A DNA stretch of 50,394 nt from an uncultured Steroidobacter sp. GTDB lineage: Bacteria; Pseudomonadota; Gammaproteobacteria; Steroidobacterales; Steroidobacteraceae. The translations under genes were made by a program, and so were the position numbers. The notes beneath the pieces are model-generated. The model was given only the letters and a program-made list of their open reading frames with translations. It was not told where the DNA came from and did not search any database. Location of the stretch: NCBI GenBank assembly GCA_964492345.1, contig CAZBKC010000001.1, positions 1 to 50,394 of the forward strand. Direction: 5' to 3'. Positions 30,042 through 39,875 of the stretch are shown here, piece by piece. Every line of letters begins with the position of its first letter. Positions within the stretch are counted from its first letter, which is position 1.

Positions 30042-31886
30042 ATGACTGATCGCTACGACTGGACTCGAAGGGCGTTTCTGCGTGCCGGCATCGGCCTGGC
30101 CGGATACGCAACGCTGGGCGGCGCTCCCTTTTCGGTGCTGGCAGCCGGGTCTCCACCCCTTGCCGGCGGAATTCAGAACCTCGTGCTGCGCTACCGCACG
30201 GATCCCGGGCGCATCGCGCGGGTGCTGCCGCCGGGTATCGAGCCTGACGATTCCGGCGACGTCATGATCGACTGGTGGGTCCGTTACCCCGCGCCGGGCA
30301 CCGAGAACATCTACTACCCCGCGACCTACAGCGAGTGCGGAATTCATGTCACGGCGAAGCATCAAGGCCGTCGCGGAATGTTTCAGGTCGGCATGCCCCT
30401 GGATCAGGACTGGGGACGCACCATGGGTCGCGAGAACGTCGGGCTCTCGAAGAAGGACGGGGTGCTCGGCATTCGCCGCGCGGGGCACGAAGTTACGGGT
30501 GAGTTGCGACGGCGCGGCAAGCTTTTGTATCGCATCAGGACGCAGGTGCTCGATGAGCCCGCGCATCCGCTCTACTGGCATCGCGAGACGGGATTCGGCG
30601 CTTTTCTCTATCGCTACCGCCTCAACCCCGATTGGCGCGAGGGCCCGCTGGGCGAGGAGCCTGTGGAGCTGTGGCTGCGCGTGCTGGGCGGCAAGACCGG
30701 CCTGTATCCGCAGGAGGCGACTGCCGCAGGGCCGCGTGCCTGCAATATTGCCGAGACCCTGTTCGAGTATGTCGATCCTTCCGTGCTGGACCCGTTCTGC
30801 GAGTTTCCCGTGCGTGAAATCGTCGGCATGAGCTACAACGAAACGGGCTATGCGCGGGAGGATGAGATCGCGTATCGGTCGAAGGCGCCGCGGACGCCGA
30901 CGCGCATCGAGCGCCTGCAGTTCGTCGACAGCCAGGAGTTCGAGCCGTGGGCGCTCCTCAACTACGATCGTCCCATCACGCGCGGTCGCGCCTGGGTACC
31001 GGCGGGCTGGCCCGAGAAAGCGACGGCGCTGAAACTGACGAGCGATGAAGTGAAGAGCTATCGTGCGCGCCCGTCGCTCGATCTGGATCTGGCGCGCTGC
31101 CTGGATCTTCGCTGGCAGATCGATCCCGCTGTGCATGCGCGCGCGCTGCCGCCGCAGTTGCAGGCTGGCAGCCAGCCGCTGCTGCGAATCATGGCCATGC
31201 GGGTGGGAACGAACGACATTTCAACCGAAGAGTTCAACGAGCTCTGGCTGTTCAGCCGTTGCGAGAGCGAAGGCGCCGAAGCGTGGTACGCGCTCGCTCA
31301 CACCGTCGCGGGCGAGGGCGATGTCGTCTTCGGGCGCGAGACCTTCGGTTATCCGTCGAAGCTCGGCTCCATCGATTGGCGAACTGCTGGCAGCGGCGAA
31401 ACGCTGCTCGGCAAGCGCATGGGACGCGAGTTCGTGCGCATGCAATGGAACGGCGGTGGCCGGGCTGCTGCGACAGGGAGTGCCGAACTCAAGGTGATCG
31501 GCCTGCGGCTGCATCCGCCATATCGCCTGATGACGCTCAACGGATTCGCGGAACCCGGCGTACAGGCAGAACTGATCTCGCAGCCGTGGTTGCTGCAATG
31601 GACCGGGCAACGCGCGGTTCGCAGTCCTCGCCTCGAGTTCCCGACCAAACCCGGTCCCGGTCGGATCGGTACGACCGATCCGTGGTTCGAATTTGCAGCG
31701 GGCCAGGTCGCAAGCGCCCGGGTTGGCATCGGCGTGCTACGTCGCAGTCCAGCACAACGTCTGGGGCTCGTGCCGGACTATCAGCCTTACTATGCCGAAC
31801 GCTACGACGGTGCTTTCAACAATGAGCTGTCGATCTCGGGCGACGTGACCCACACGTTTCTCGCTCCCGCGGCGGAGGGGGCCTGA
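30042..31886 (+). CDS. Tat-exported protein with two acetoacetate-decarboxylase (ADC)-like domains
   Basis: TRRAFLR twin-arginine signal. Domain 1: YRTDPGRIARVLPP...YSEC...GRENVGLSKK. Domain 2: DPAVHARALPPQL...FNEL...GRETFGYPSK. Confidence 0.75.
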   Translation: MTDRYDWTRRAFLRAGIGLAGYATLGGAPFSVLAAGSPPLAGGIQNLVLRYRTDPGRIARVLPPGIEPDDSGDVMIDWWVRYPAPGTENIYYPATYSECGIHVTAKHQGRRGMFQVGMPLDQDWGRTMGRENVGLSKKDGVLGIRRAGHEVTGELRRRGKLLYRIRTQVLDEPAHPLYWHRETGFGAFLYRYRLNPDWREGPLGEEPVELWLRVLGGKTGLYPQEATAAGPRACNIAETLFEYVDPSVLDPFCEFPVREIVGMSYNETGYAREDEIAYRSKAPRTPTRIERLQFVDSQEFEPWALLNYDRPITRGRAWVPAGWPEKATALKLTSDEVKSYRARPSLDLDLARCLDLRWQIDPAVHARALPPQLQAGSQPLLRIMAMRVGTNDISTEEFNELWLFSRCESEGAEAWYALAHTVAGEGDVVFGRETFGYPSKLGSIDWRTAGSGETLLGKRMGREFVRMQWNGGGRAAATGSAELKVIGLRLHPPYRLMTLNGFAEPGVQAELISQPWLLQWTGQRAVRSPRLEFPTKPGPGRIGTTDPWFEFAAGQVASARVGIGVLRRSPAQRLGLVPDYQPYYAERYDGAFNNELSISGDVTHTFLAPAAEGA

Positions 31887-31890
31887 TGGC

Positions 31891-33213
31891 TCAGTCGACG
31901 ATGGCCTGACGGATCGCGCGCTCGTAGTCGATGTGCACTTCGCGCACGTTCTGCTGCAGCATGATGACGGCCGCGATCTGTTCCTGCGGGTCGGTCCATC
32001 CCATCGTGCCGAGATAGCCGGCCCAGCCGAAGGCGCCGTTGGATCGGCCGGTATCGCCGTTGATGCTGTCGAGCACGATCTGCACCTGCATGCCGAAGCC
32101 ATGACCGTACATGGGCTTCGCATAGGCGCCTTCGCCGCGATACAGGTCGCTGACGTGATTTGTCGCCATCAATTCGACCGTGCGCGTGCCGAGCAGTCTT
32201 TCGCCGTTCAGTGACACACCTTTGTCGAGCAGCATCTGGTGCAGCAGCAGGTAATCGTAGGCCGTGCTCGCGAGCCCCATCGCTCCCTGATCGACGTTCG
32301 TGCCACTGCGCATCGCGGCTTCGCCCGTGCGCTCGGGAGGCACTCTCTGCCAGGCGTTATCGACCCTGCGCACGACGGGCAACAGCCGCGAAACCTCGCT
32401 GCCCGGCGGGTTGAACGACGTATCGCTCATGCCCAGCGGAGCGAAGATGCGTTCCTGCGTGAACTGCGCAAAGCGCTTGCCGGAAATGATTTCCACGAGA
32501 CCGGCAAGAACGTCGGAACCGGCCAGGGGGCTGTAGCTCCAGCGAGTTCCCGGCTGGAAATCGAGCGGCACAGAACCGAGGCGGTGTGCATGGGTTGCGA
32601 GGCTTTCACCCGTCGCGCGCACGGGCGGAATCATGCCGACGCGGTGCGGATCGCTGCTCAACAGTCCGGACGTGTGGGTCATCAGATCGCGAACCGTGAT
32701 GTCGCGGGTTGCGGCGACGGTATTGAATTCAGGAGGCGCGCCCGCCGTGTGGGGAGCTGCGCTGCTGCTGGCGTCTTCCTTGCGAACCGCGACCTGCGGG
32801 TTCCTGAATTCGGGAATGTAGCGACTGACCGGGTCGTCGAGCCGAATCCGTCCTTCCTCGTACAGCATCAATACCGCGACTGCGGTCACCACCTTGGTGG
32901 ACGAGTACATCTGGAAGAGCGCGTCCTTTTGCATGGGGGTTCCGGCCTCCACGTCGGCCAGCCCGTACGCATCGTACTTCACGAGCTTGCCGCGCCGCGC
33001 GAGGGCGATCACTGCGCCACTGATTTTCCCCTCGTCGATATGACGCTGAACGATTTCGTCGATGCGCTTCAGGCGTTCGCTCGACAAACCCACCGACTCC
33101 GCCTCGGTGATCGCAGGAAGCTCGTGGGCCGTCGGGCGCGCTGCAGCGGGCGCGGCGACCAGCACCGCCAATGCCGCTATGCCGACGCACCATGCAGGTC
33201 GCATCTCGTTCAT
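31891..33213 (-). CDS. Exported serine hydrolase, beta-lactamase/EstB-like family
   Basis: SxxK in YSSTK; LDDPVSRYIPEF, LMTHTSG, QPGTRWSYS, IFAPLGMSDT, FGWAG. AGGAG precedes ATG 33213. Confidence 0.92.
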   Translation of the reverse strand: MNEMRPAWCVGIAALAVLVAAPAAARPTAHELPAITEAESVGLSSERLKRIDEIVQRHIDEGKISGAVIALARRGKLVKYDAYGLADVEAGTPMQKDALFQMYSSTKVVTAVAVLMLYEEGRIRLDDPVSRYIPEFRNPQVAVRKEDASSSAAPHTAGAPPEFNTVAATRDITVRDLMTHTSGLLSSDPHRVGMIPPVRATGESLATHAHRLGSVPLDFQPGTRWSYSPLAGSDVLAGLVEIISGKRFAQFTQERIFAPLGMSDTSFNPPGSEVSRLLPVVRRVDNAWQRVPPERTGEAAMRSGTNVDQGAMGLASTAYDYLLLHQMLLDKGVSLNGERLLGTRTVELMATNHVSDLYRGEGAYAKPMYGHGFGMQVQIVLDSINGDTGRSNGAFGWAGYLGTMGWTDPQEQIAAVIMLQQNVREVHIDYERAIRQAIVD

Positions 33214-33242
33214 CCGTATCTCTCCTGAGTCGGTGCAGTGCT

Positions 33243-34226
33243 TCAGAACGTGGCGATTGGGTTGACCGGTGAACCCGTGCCGCCGGCGATCGGCAGCGGG
33301 GCGATCGTGACGAGGAACTCCCAGCGCTTGAGCCTGGCCGCCTCCTGCGAGAGCGCTTCGAGATCCAGGTTGTCGAGGATGCGCACACCCATGGCGGCGA
33401 TCAGCAGCTGATGGAGCGGCAGCACGCTGCCTTCGATGCCGGACGGTGCCACGTCGGTGGCGTAGTCGCTGCCGATCAGCGCGATGTCGCGTTTCTTCAG
33501 CCAGGGCGCCACGGAGGCATGAAATCCCGCGCCGCTGCGCGGTGTCGCGCGGTCCTGATTGCCCGCCCAGCGGCCCGTGCGCAATAAAAGGAGATCGCCC
33601 GCGCGTACCTTGATTCCAGACTGCCGCTCCCAGGCTTCGATGTCCTCCGCGTAGATCGGGGTTCCCGGTTCCAGGTGGTCGACGTTCTTGAGACGCGGAA
33701 TGTCGATGAGCACGCCGCGAATCACGATGCCTTGTTGCAAATCCAGGATCGACAGCGAAGCGCAGCCCTCGTCGGTCGCAGTGGTGCGGAGCACGCCGTT
33801 GTACATCTTGCCCCGGTACGACATATGACAAAGCGCATCCAGGTGGCTCTGTGCGGGACCGTGATACGTGAACGAATAGCGGTCGCTGAGGAACGGTCCA
33901 CTCTGGTCGACGCCGAACATCTGATGGCGGAACGGGGAGCGCTCGTCATTCTGCGTGTCTCTCGCGAAACTGCGTGCCAGCGAGACGGTTGTGCCTTCGG
34001 TCGCAAGCTTCAGCGCTTCACGGCGACGCTCCGCGGTCACCAGGTTCATGGCGCCCAGGACGTCGTCTTCGCCCCACCGTTGCCAGTTCGACAGCTCGGT
34101 CATCCACTTTTCTATCGTTGCCTGGTCGACGGAGTGCGGCACTTGTGAGAACGCCGAGGGCGCAAGCGCCAGCAGCACGGCAGCAAGGAATCGGGTGGAG
34201 CCCATGAGGTATCTCGAATGATTCAA
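33243..34226 (-). CDS. Exported cyclase-family hydrolase
   Basis: SNWQRWGEDDVLGAMN, HG...SHLDALCH, RGVLID, GDLLLLRTG, GTGSPVNPIA; signal peptide. Start is TTG 34226 or ATG 34205. Confidence 0.88.
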   Translation of the reverse strand: MNHSRYLMGSTRFLAAVLLALAPSAFSQVPHSVDQATIEKWMTELSNWQRWGEDDVLGAMNLVTAERRREALKLATEGTTVSLARSFARDTQNDERSPFRHQMFGVDQSGPFLSDRYSFTYHGPAQSHLDALCHMSYRGKMYNGVLRTTATDEGCASLSILDLQQGIVIRGVLIDIPRLKNVDHLEPGTPIYAEDIEAWERQSGIKVRAGDLLLLRTGRWAGNQDRATPRSGAGFHASVAPWLKKRDIALIGSDYATDVAPSGIEGSVLPLHQLLIAAMGVRILDNLDLEALSQEAARLKRWEFLVTIAPLPIAGGTGSPVNPIATF

Positions 34227-34251
34227 CTTTCGGAGTGAGACTGGAAGATGG

Positions 34252-34443
34252 TTATCCGTTCGACGGAAGGTGCAGTTCGGCGCTCATTCCGGGCGCCGGA
34301 GGCAGTGGATCGACGCTCGCCGAAGGTGCCGACGCAGCCGAGGTATGCGTAGCCAGCACGACGCAAGGAGCCGCGGCCAGCGTAGCCAGTGCCAACTTCA
34401 GAACCTCGCGACGGGTGCAGGCAGGTGCAAGTGTTTGCTGCAT
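34252..34443 (-). CDS. Small ORF made mostly of a Tat-like signal peptide (possible remnant)
   Basis: TRREVLK, hydrophobic stretch and TSA, followed by only about 25 residues. Fills the gap between two co-oriented genes. Confidence 0.4.
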   Translation of the reverse strand: MQQTLAPACTRREVLKLALATLAAAPCVVLATHTSAASAPSASVDPLPPAPGMSAELHLPSNG

Positions 34444-34456
34444 GTCGGCGCCTGTC

Positions 34457-35674
34457 TCAGCCGCTTACCCGCAGCGTGCTGATGGGATAGCGGTTGTAAC
34501 TCTCGAATCCGGAAGAACCCATGGCGCCGCTCGATCCGATCCACAGTCCCTTCGGCGAACCCGGCAGGCGTACCCAGACGTGTAGGGTCAAGGATTGCCG
34601 CGGCAGCAGCGCCGTATCCAGGTACCGCTGCGCGAGCGGCGTGCTCAGACTGCTCGGCATCGTGCCCATGGCCGGTGCGTGATTCATCGCGCTCCAGCCG
34701 CCGACGAGCACGTTGGCGGGCTGTTCGAGACCGGCATCGATGATGGGCTGCAGGAAGGCGTTCACCTGTCGACCTGTCATCCCGGGTTTGAGCCCTGCGG
34801 CCAGGTTGTCGTGAACGCGGGCCGCGACCTCGAACATGCGTCGATAGTCCGAAGTGGGTTCGTCGACGAAGTACGAACCCCACAGCTTGCCCCAGTAGTT
34901 GCCGTATCCCAGTGCGAACTCCGTCATCACGAACTCACCCGGGGCCACTTGCGCGGCCGTCGGATAGAAGTCGGGGTAGTGGCCGCCCGGATTCGTCATG
35001 GAGATCGAGCTGATGTGCCCGAAGGGAAACGTTGCACCGTGGCGTGCAGCGAGCGCCTCCATGGCGCGCCGCAGTTCCATGTGCGATACGCCGACGCGGG
35101 TCATCTGGAAAATCTCCTCGTGCGCCAGATCGGTGATCGCGCCGGCCCGCTTCAGCAGGGCCAGTTCCTCGTCACTCTTGATCAGACGCAGATCGTCGAA
35201 CCACGAGGTAGCGTTCTCGAATTTCACGTCCGGCAGGTTGTCGTCGAGGTACTGGCGCTGCTCGACGAACAAGGTAAGCCCGGCGCCCGCTACGGCACCG
35301 GGTCCGACGATGCCGACGCGCGAGCGGTCGAGCCGGAGATCCTTGATCCGCGCGGTCGCATTCTGCAGCGCATTGCCGGAACGGATGTCCTGAACGTACG
35401 CGATCGCGCGTGCGTTGGGAATGTGATAGGGGACCGCGAGGAAGAGCGTCGGTTCCCCGTGCGCGGGGAACAGCAGGTAGGTCTCGATGATCGCAGCGTA
35501 GCGCGCCAGGTATTGAAGATTGACCTGTCCCTGGCTGTTGCCCATCGCGATGCTGCCATAGATCAGCAGGGCATCGAGACCGCGCCTGGCCATCTCGGCG
35601 CGCACGGTCTGGTGGCGGCGTGCCATCTCCGCATCGGAGAAGGTTGGAAACGAGTCGTTGGCGATTGCAGTCAT
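34457..35674 (-). CDS. M24 (creatinase/prolidase-fold) protein lacking canonical metal ligands
   Basis: FSDAEMARR...GLDALLIYG, LRLIKSDEEL, LKPG; ligand positions divergent. Confidence 0.8.
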   Translation of the reverse strand: MTAIANDSFPTFSDAEMARRHQTVRAEMARRGLDALLIYGSIAMGNSQGQVNLQYLARYAAIIETYLLFPAHGEPTLFLAVPYHIPNARAIAYVQDIRSGNALQNATARIKDLRLDRSRVGIVGPGAVAGAGLTLFVEQRQYLDDNLPDVKFENATSWFDDLRLIKSDEELALLKRAGAITDLAHEEIFQMTRVGVSHMELRRAMEALAARHGATFPFGHISSISMTNPGGHYPDFYPTAAQVAPGEFVMTEFALGYGNYWGKLWGSYFVDEPTSDYRRMFEVAARVHDNLAAGLKPGMTGRQVNAFLQPIIDAGLEQPANVLVGGWSAMNHAPAMGTMPSSLSTPLAQRYLDTALLPRQSLTLHVWVRLPGSPKGLWIGSSGAMGSSGFESYNRYPISTLRVSG

Positions 35675-35768
35675 GGTGGCTCGCGATCAGCTGGAATGAG
35701 TGTGGAAGGCAGCGCGCAGAAACTCGACGATTGCGACGGTGGATGCAGTTGCGACACGGTGCTGTCGC

Positions 35769-37055
35769 TCACGGCTGCTGCGGGCGATCGCCCAGCACGC
35801 CGGCCCGCGGCGCTTGCGTCGGTGTCGTCGCCGAAGACGCGGCGCCCGGGAACGCCGGGGCGGTGGCAAACAGCATGGCGGCGACTGCAACCAGGCCCGC
35901 GCAGATCCACAGTGCGCTGTTGTAGTTGCCTGACCGGGATTGCAGCAGTGCGATCATCAGGGGACTGACGCCGGTACCCAGCACGAATGCGCCGTACAGA
36001 ACGCCATACAGCCGGCCATAGCTTGCGAGTCCGAAGTAGCGCGCCGTCAGGTAGCCGATGAGGTCGACTTCCGCGCCCAGTGCGAAACCGATCGCGAACG
36101 CGGCGGGCGTCGCCGCGGAGGGCCCGAGTACGGCCAGTGCGATCATGCCGGTGGCGGTAAGAGTCAGTACGATGGCAGCCACTCGCGGTGCGAAGTACCG
36201 ATCGACGAGCGCGCCCACCGTAATGCGGCCGACGATCACCGCGAGTCCGAGCTGACCCTGCAGCACGGCGGCCTTCGTCATGCTCATGCCTTCATCCGTG
36301 AGCATCGGAATCAGGTGCATGACATAGCCGCAGACGCCGAGCGCAAGGACTGCGAACGCCAGGAACAGTCGCACGAACACGGGCTGACGCCAGGCTTCGT
36401 GCAGCCGCAGCGCCGATGTGGGAAGCGACGGTCTGTTGATCGAGTCGATCGGGCGCGAACGTCGCACGCTCAGCAGGGCGATCACGATCGGGGCAGTCAC
36501 GATCACGGTTACGGCGAGCGCACGATAGGCGGCGCGCCACCCGAATTCATCCATGACCCTGGCAACCAGCGGCGGCGCGAAGGTAGCGGCGATTCCCGTA
36601 CCGGCAAGCGTTATTCCGAGCGCCAGGCCACGAGAGTGCTCGAAGTGCTCGTTGACCACGCGCGTGAAAGCGAGCGGCGTCGATGCCAGTCCGAGCGCGG
36701 CGATGAGGATCTGAATCGCCGCGTACGCTGCAAACTGTCCCTGCAGCAGGCTCTTTGCGTAGAAGGCTGCAGCCAGGGCCAGGAAGGAGACGATCGCAGG
36801 ACCGCGAACGCCCCAGCGGTCGATGATCGAACCGACGACGGGCGCGCAGGCCGCGATCGTCAGCGTGCCAGCCAGTCCGGCGCTGGCCAGTTCGCTGCGC
36901 GTCCAGCCGAATTCGCCTTCGAAGGCGCCGACGAAAACGCCAGCCGTATAGAACGGCAGTGCCGCATTGCCGACGGCGACCCCCAGCAATGCTCCCGCAA
37001 GTATCGGCCAGCCTGAGCGCAACTCGGCCGCGTGCATCTGCCATTTCGCATGCAT
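35769..37055 (-). CDS. MFS transporter
   Basis: ALPFYTAGVF, GSIIDRWGVR, RGLALG, GAEVDLIGYLTARYFG. GGGGGA precedes ATG 37055. Confidence 0.9.
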   Translation of the reverse strand: MHAKWQMHAAELRSGWPILAGALLGVAVGNAALPFYTAGVFVGAFEGEFGWTRSELASAGLAGTLTIAACAPVVGSIIDRWGVRGPAIVSFLALAAAFYAKSLLQGQFAAYAAIQILIAALGLASTPLAFTRVVNEHFEHSRGLALGITLAGTGIAATFAPPLVARVMDEFGWRAAYRALAVTVIVTAPIVIALLSVRRSRPIDSINRPSLPTSALRLHEAWRQPVFVRLFLAFAVLALGVCGYVMHLIPMLTDEGMSMTKAAVLQGQLGLAVIVGRITVGALVDRYFAPRVAAIVLTLTATGMIALAVLGPSAATPAAFAIGFALGAEVDLIGYLTARYFGLASYGRLYGVLYGAFVLGTGVSPLMIALLQSRSGNYNSALWICAGLVAVAAMLFATAPAFPGAASSATTPTQAPRAGVLGDRPQQP

Positions 37056-37125
37056 CGACTGTCCCCCAATGCGCTTCTTCGGTGTCTGTACGCGGCGGTC
37101 TTCACCCGGGTCGCACCACTCTAGA

Positions 37126-37141
37126 TCAATCAGTTGATTGA
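37126..37141. promoter_or_regulatory. Motif A operator, perfect (TCAATC-AGTT-GATTGA)
   Basis: About 70 bp upstream of the MFS/M24 operon. Confidence 0.75.
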
Positions 37142-37230
37142 ATAAAGGGATTCCTGGAACGAGAACCACCGCAAGCTGGCGTCCGACCGACCGGGGTCTT
37201 CGCTGCAATGTCAACGGGTGTCAAGTAAAG

Positions 37231-37290
37231 TTGTTCATTGGGTATGGGGTATTTGAAATGGATTGATTATTTTTTTCACTACATGGTATG
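37231..37290. promoter_or_regulatory. Two motif B sites
   Basis: TTGTTC-ATTG-GGTATG (37231-37246) and TTCACT-ACAT-GGTATG (37275-37290), upstream of the hydrolase-MFS-ligase operon. Confidence 0.5.
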
Positions 37291-37438
37291 TAGATAAGGC
37301 TGCCCCGGCCTGGAGGCTAGGGGACCTGCGCCGTGGGATCGGCCATCATCGATCAGGTGATGGAGGAACGGCGCGAGATACGCACGAGATTCTGGCCCGG
37401 CACGACAAAGTCCGTTGCATAGCCCGATAGGGGGATCC

Positions 37439-38440
37439 ATGGTCACGTTCAGAGGTTTGTTGTTATGTGCTGCGCTTGCCCAAGCGGGGCTCGCGCATGC
37501 TCAGGCTGCACAGTCGAGCAGCGAATCCGCCCCGGCGCGCAGGGCTGCCTTTGTGATTCCCGAGAACATCAGTCAGCGACGCGTCGACATCTACAGCGAA
37601 GGCGATCGCATGACAGGCTACGTCTACACCGCGAAGGGCGTGGCCGCCGATGCGAAGCTGCCGACGATCATCATGGCTCATGGGTGGGGCGGTGTGCAGG
37701 CGCAACTGCGCCAGGACGCCGCCGAGTTCGCGAGTGAGGGATACCTGGTGCTGACGTTCGACTATCGCGGATGGGGCGAAAGCGACTCGCGCGTCGTGCT
37801 CAAGGCGCCCATGAGCGATGTCGCGAAGACCGATTTCACGGCCGAAGTACATGCCATCAGGGAGGTGGTGGACCCGCTGGACATGGCGGCAGATTGGCAG
37901 AATGCCATCCATTGGGTTCATGGAGAACGCCAGGTCGATGTCGACCGGATCGGGTTGTGGGGCAGCAGCATGGGCGGCAGCTACGTGGTCTATGCAGGCG
38001 CGCACGATCCGCGCGTGAAGGCAGTCCACAGCCAGGTGACCGGCGGGCTCAAGGGTTCGCTGTGGACGCAGTGGATGCCGCAGGGATTCGAGGACGCGAC
38101 GAAACGCGCCCGAGGCGAAATCGGCTATCCGCCGCCCGCACAGACGAACGGTGGTTTGCGCGGCGCTCCGATCGTCAGCCGATTCGCTCACTACAACCCG
38201 CTCGATGACATCACGGACGTGAGGACCGTCGCCTTCCAGTTCGTACTGTCCGAGCATGAGCAGTATCTGAACAACGAGGAGCATGCGATCGCGGCGTACA
38301 GGCGTTATCAGGGTCCGAAGAAACTGGTCGTCATCGAAGGGACCTCGCACTACGACATCTACGGCAAGGCGCGAGAGCGCTCGCATGCGTTGGCGCGCGA
38401 GTGGTTCGATCTGCATCTGAAGAAACGGTCTGCACCCTGA
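37439..38440 (+). CDS. Exported alpha/beta hydrolase
   Basis: Signal peptide (AHA-QA); AHGWGG, FDYRGWGES, nucleophile elbow GSSMGG, C-terminal His in SHYDIY. Confidence 0.9.
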   Translation: MVTFRGLLLCAALAQAGLAHAQAAQSSSESAPARRAAFVIPENISQRRVDIYSEGDRMTGYVYTAKGVAADAKLPTIIMAHGWGGVQAQLRQDAAEFASEGYLVLTFDYRGWGESDSRVVLKAPMSDVAKTDFTAEVHAIREVVDPLDMAADWQNAIHWVHGERQVDVDRIGLWGSSMGGSYVVYAGAHDPRVKAVHSQVTGGLKGSLWTQWMPQGFEDATKRARGEIGYPPPAQTNGGLRGAPIVSRFAHYNPLDDITDVRTVAFQFVLSEHEQYLNNEEHAIAAYRRYQGPKKLVVIEGTSHYDIYGKARERSHALAREWFDLHLKKRSAP

Positions 38441-38513
38441 GCCGGATGTGTCCTTTCGCGTCTCAACATACCGAATGGATCGCCCGCTGAGCGGTGAGAG
38501 AAGGGGGGAAGTG

Positions 38514-39875
38514 ATGTCAAGAGAACAGGTGGCTTTGGGTGCTCCGCCGGTGCCGCCGGCGCAAGCGGAGTCTGCAGAGGGATTCCGCGCGTCCGAGAGC
38601 TACCGCTACTACGTTGTCTGGCTGCTGTGCGGCGTCTACATGATCAACATGATGGACCGTCAGTTGCTGGCGATCCTGGTCGAGCCGATCCGTACCGAGT
38701 TCGGTCTCAGCGATACCCATATGGGGTTTCTTACCGGGCTGGCGTTTGCCGCCGTCTACACCGTGCTGGGTGTGCCGCTTGCCCGGATCGCCGATCGCTG
38801 GAGTCGAGTCAATCTCATCGCGATCTCGATCGTCGTATGGAGCGCCTTTACTGCGCTTACCGGGACAGCGAAGAGCTACGCGCACTTGCTCATCGCGCGC
38901 GTCGGCGTCGGCATCGGCGAAGCCGGATGCAATCCGGCAGCCTATTCGCTGATCAGCGATTATTTTGAATCGAAGCGCCGCGCGACCGCATTGTCCATCT
39001 ACCAATTGGGCGCCTATGCGGGGTCGTTTCTGGGCATGCTGCTTGCGGGCTGGATCGCTCAGGCACACGGTTGGCGCGCTGCATTCTTCGTTGTCGGACT
39101 GCCGGGATTGCTCATTGCCGTCATTCTGAAAATGACATTGCGCGAGCCGCCGCGTGGCTTCTCCGAGACGACCAGGGTCATTCATGAGGCGCCGCCGGCC
39201 AAGACGGTTCTCTGGTCGCTGTTGTCGAAGCCTTCATTCCGTCACCTGTCATTCGCCGCGGCGCTGCACAATTTCGCGATCTATGGCGTCGGCAATTTCT
39301 ACGCTGCCTTTCTGATGCGTTCCCATGGCATGAGCGTGGCGGAAGTCGGTTTCAAGCTGGCCATCGTCACGGTGGTGGGTGGTGTTCTGGGAACCTATGT
39401 CGGTGGCTGGCTGAGCGACTGGTCTGCCAATCGCCGGCGCGATGTGCGCTACTACCTGTGGATTCCGGCCTTGTCCCTGGTCGTGGGTTTTCCCGTCTCG
39501 GAACTCGTGCTCTTCGTGGGCGATCCATCCCTCGTTATGTGGCTCCTCATCCCCTCGATCTTTTGCAGTGCCGCCTACCTGGCACCCAGCATCACAGCCA
39601 CCTATCGCCTGGTCGGCGTGCGTGAGCGCGCCCTCGCGAGCGCCTTGCTGCTCTTCATCCTGAATCTCATCGGGCTGGGCTTTGGGCCGCTGCTGGTGGG
39701 AATGCTCAGCGATTCGCTGCGGATTGCCTATCAGGGGCAGGGTGTCGCCGAAGCGCAGGCCATCGCCGATGGATTGCGTTGGGCACTTCGCATTGCGGTC
39801 GTGGTCAATCTATGGTCTGCCGTTCACTACTTCCTTGCTGCGCGGACCTTGCGTCAGGAGATGGTCCAGGTATGA
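38514..39875 (+). CDS. MFS transporter (spinster-like)
   Basis: NMMDRQLL...FGLSD..MGFL, ARIADRWSR, ARVGVGIGEA, LISDYF...RATA. Confidence 0.92.
   Translation: MSREQVALGAPPVPPAQAESAEGFRASESYRYYVVWLLCGVYMINMMDRQLLAILVEPIRTEFGLSDTHMGFLTGLAFAAVYTVLGVPLARIADRWSRVNLIAISIVVWSAFTALTGTAKSYAHLLIARVGVGIGEAGCNPAAYSLISDYFESKRRATALSIYQLGAYAGSFLGMLLAGWIAQAHGWRAAFFVVGLPGLLIAVILKMTLREPPRGFSETTRVIHEAPPAKTVLWSLLSKPSFRHLSFAAALHNFAIYGVGNFYAAFLMRSHGMSVAEVGFKLAIVTVVGGVLGTYVGGWLSDWSANRRRDVRYYLWIPALSLVVGFPVSELVLFVGDPSLVMWLLIPSIFCSAAYLAPSITATYRLVGVRERALASALLLFILNLIGLGFGPLLVGMLSDSLRIAYQGQGVAEAQAIADGLRWALRIAVVVNLWSAVHYFLAARTLRQEMVQV

Noticed and set aside
31891..33213. Antibiotic-resistance beta-lactamase
   Set aside because: Motifs and catabolic context fit the broad EstB-like esterase/amidase group, with WAG at the position of KTG.
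33214..33831. N-terminal extension of the 31891-33831 ORF
   Set aside because: It overlaps the cyclase gene in another frame. A good RBS and signal peptide mark the start at 33213.
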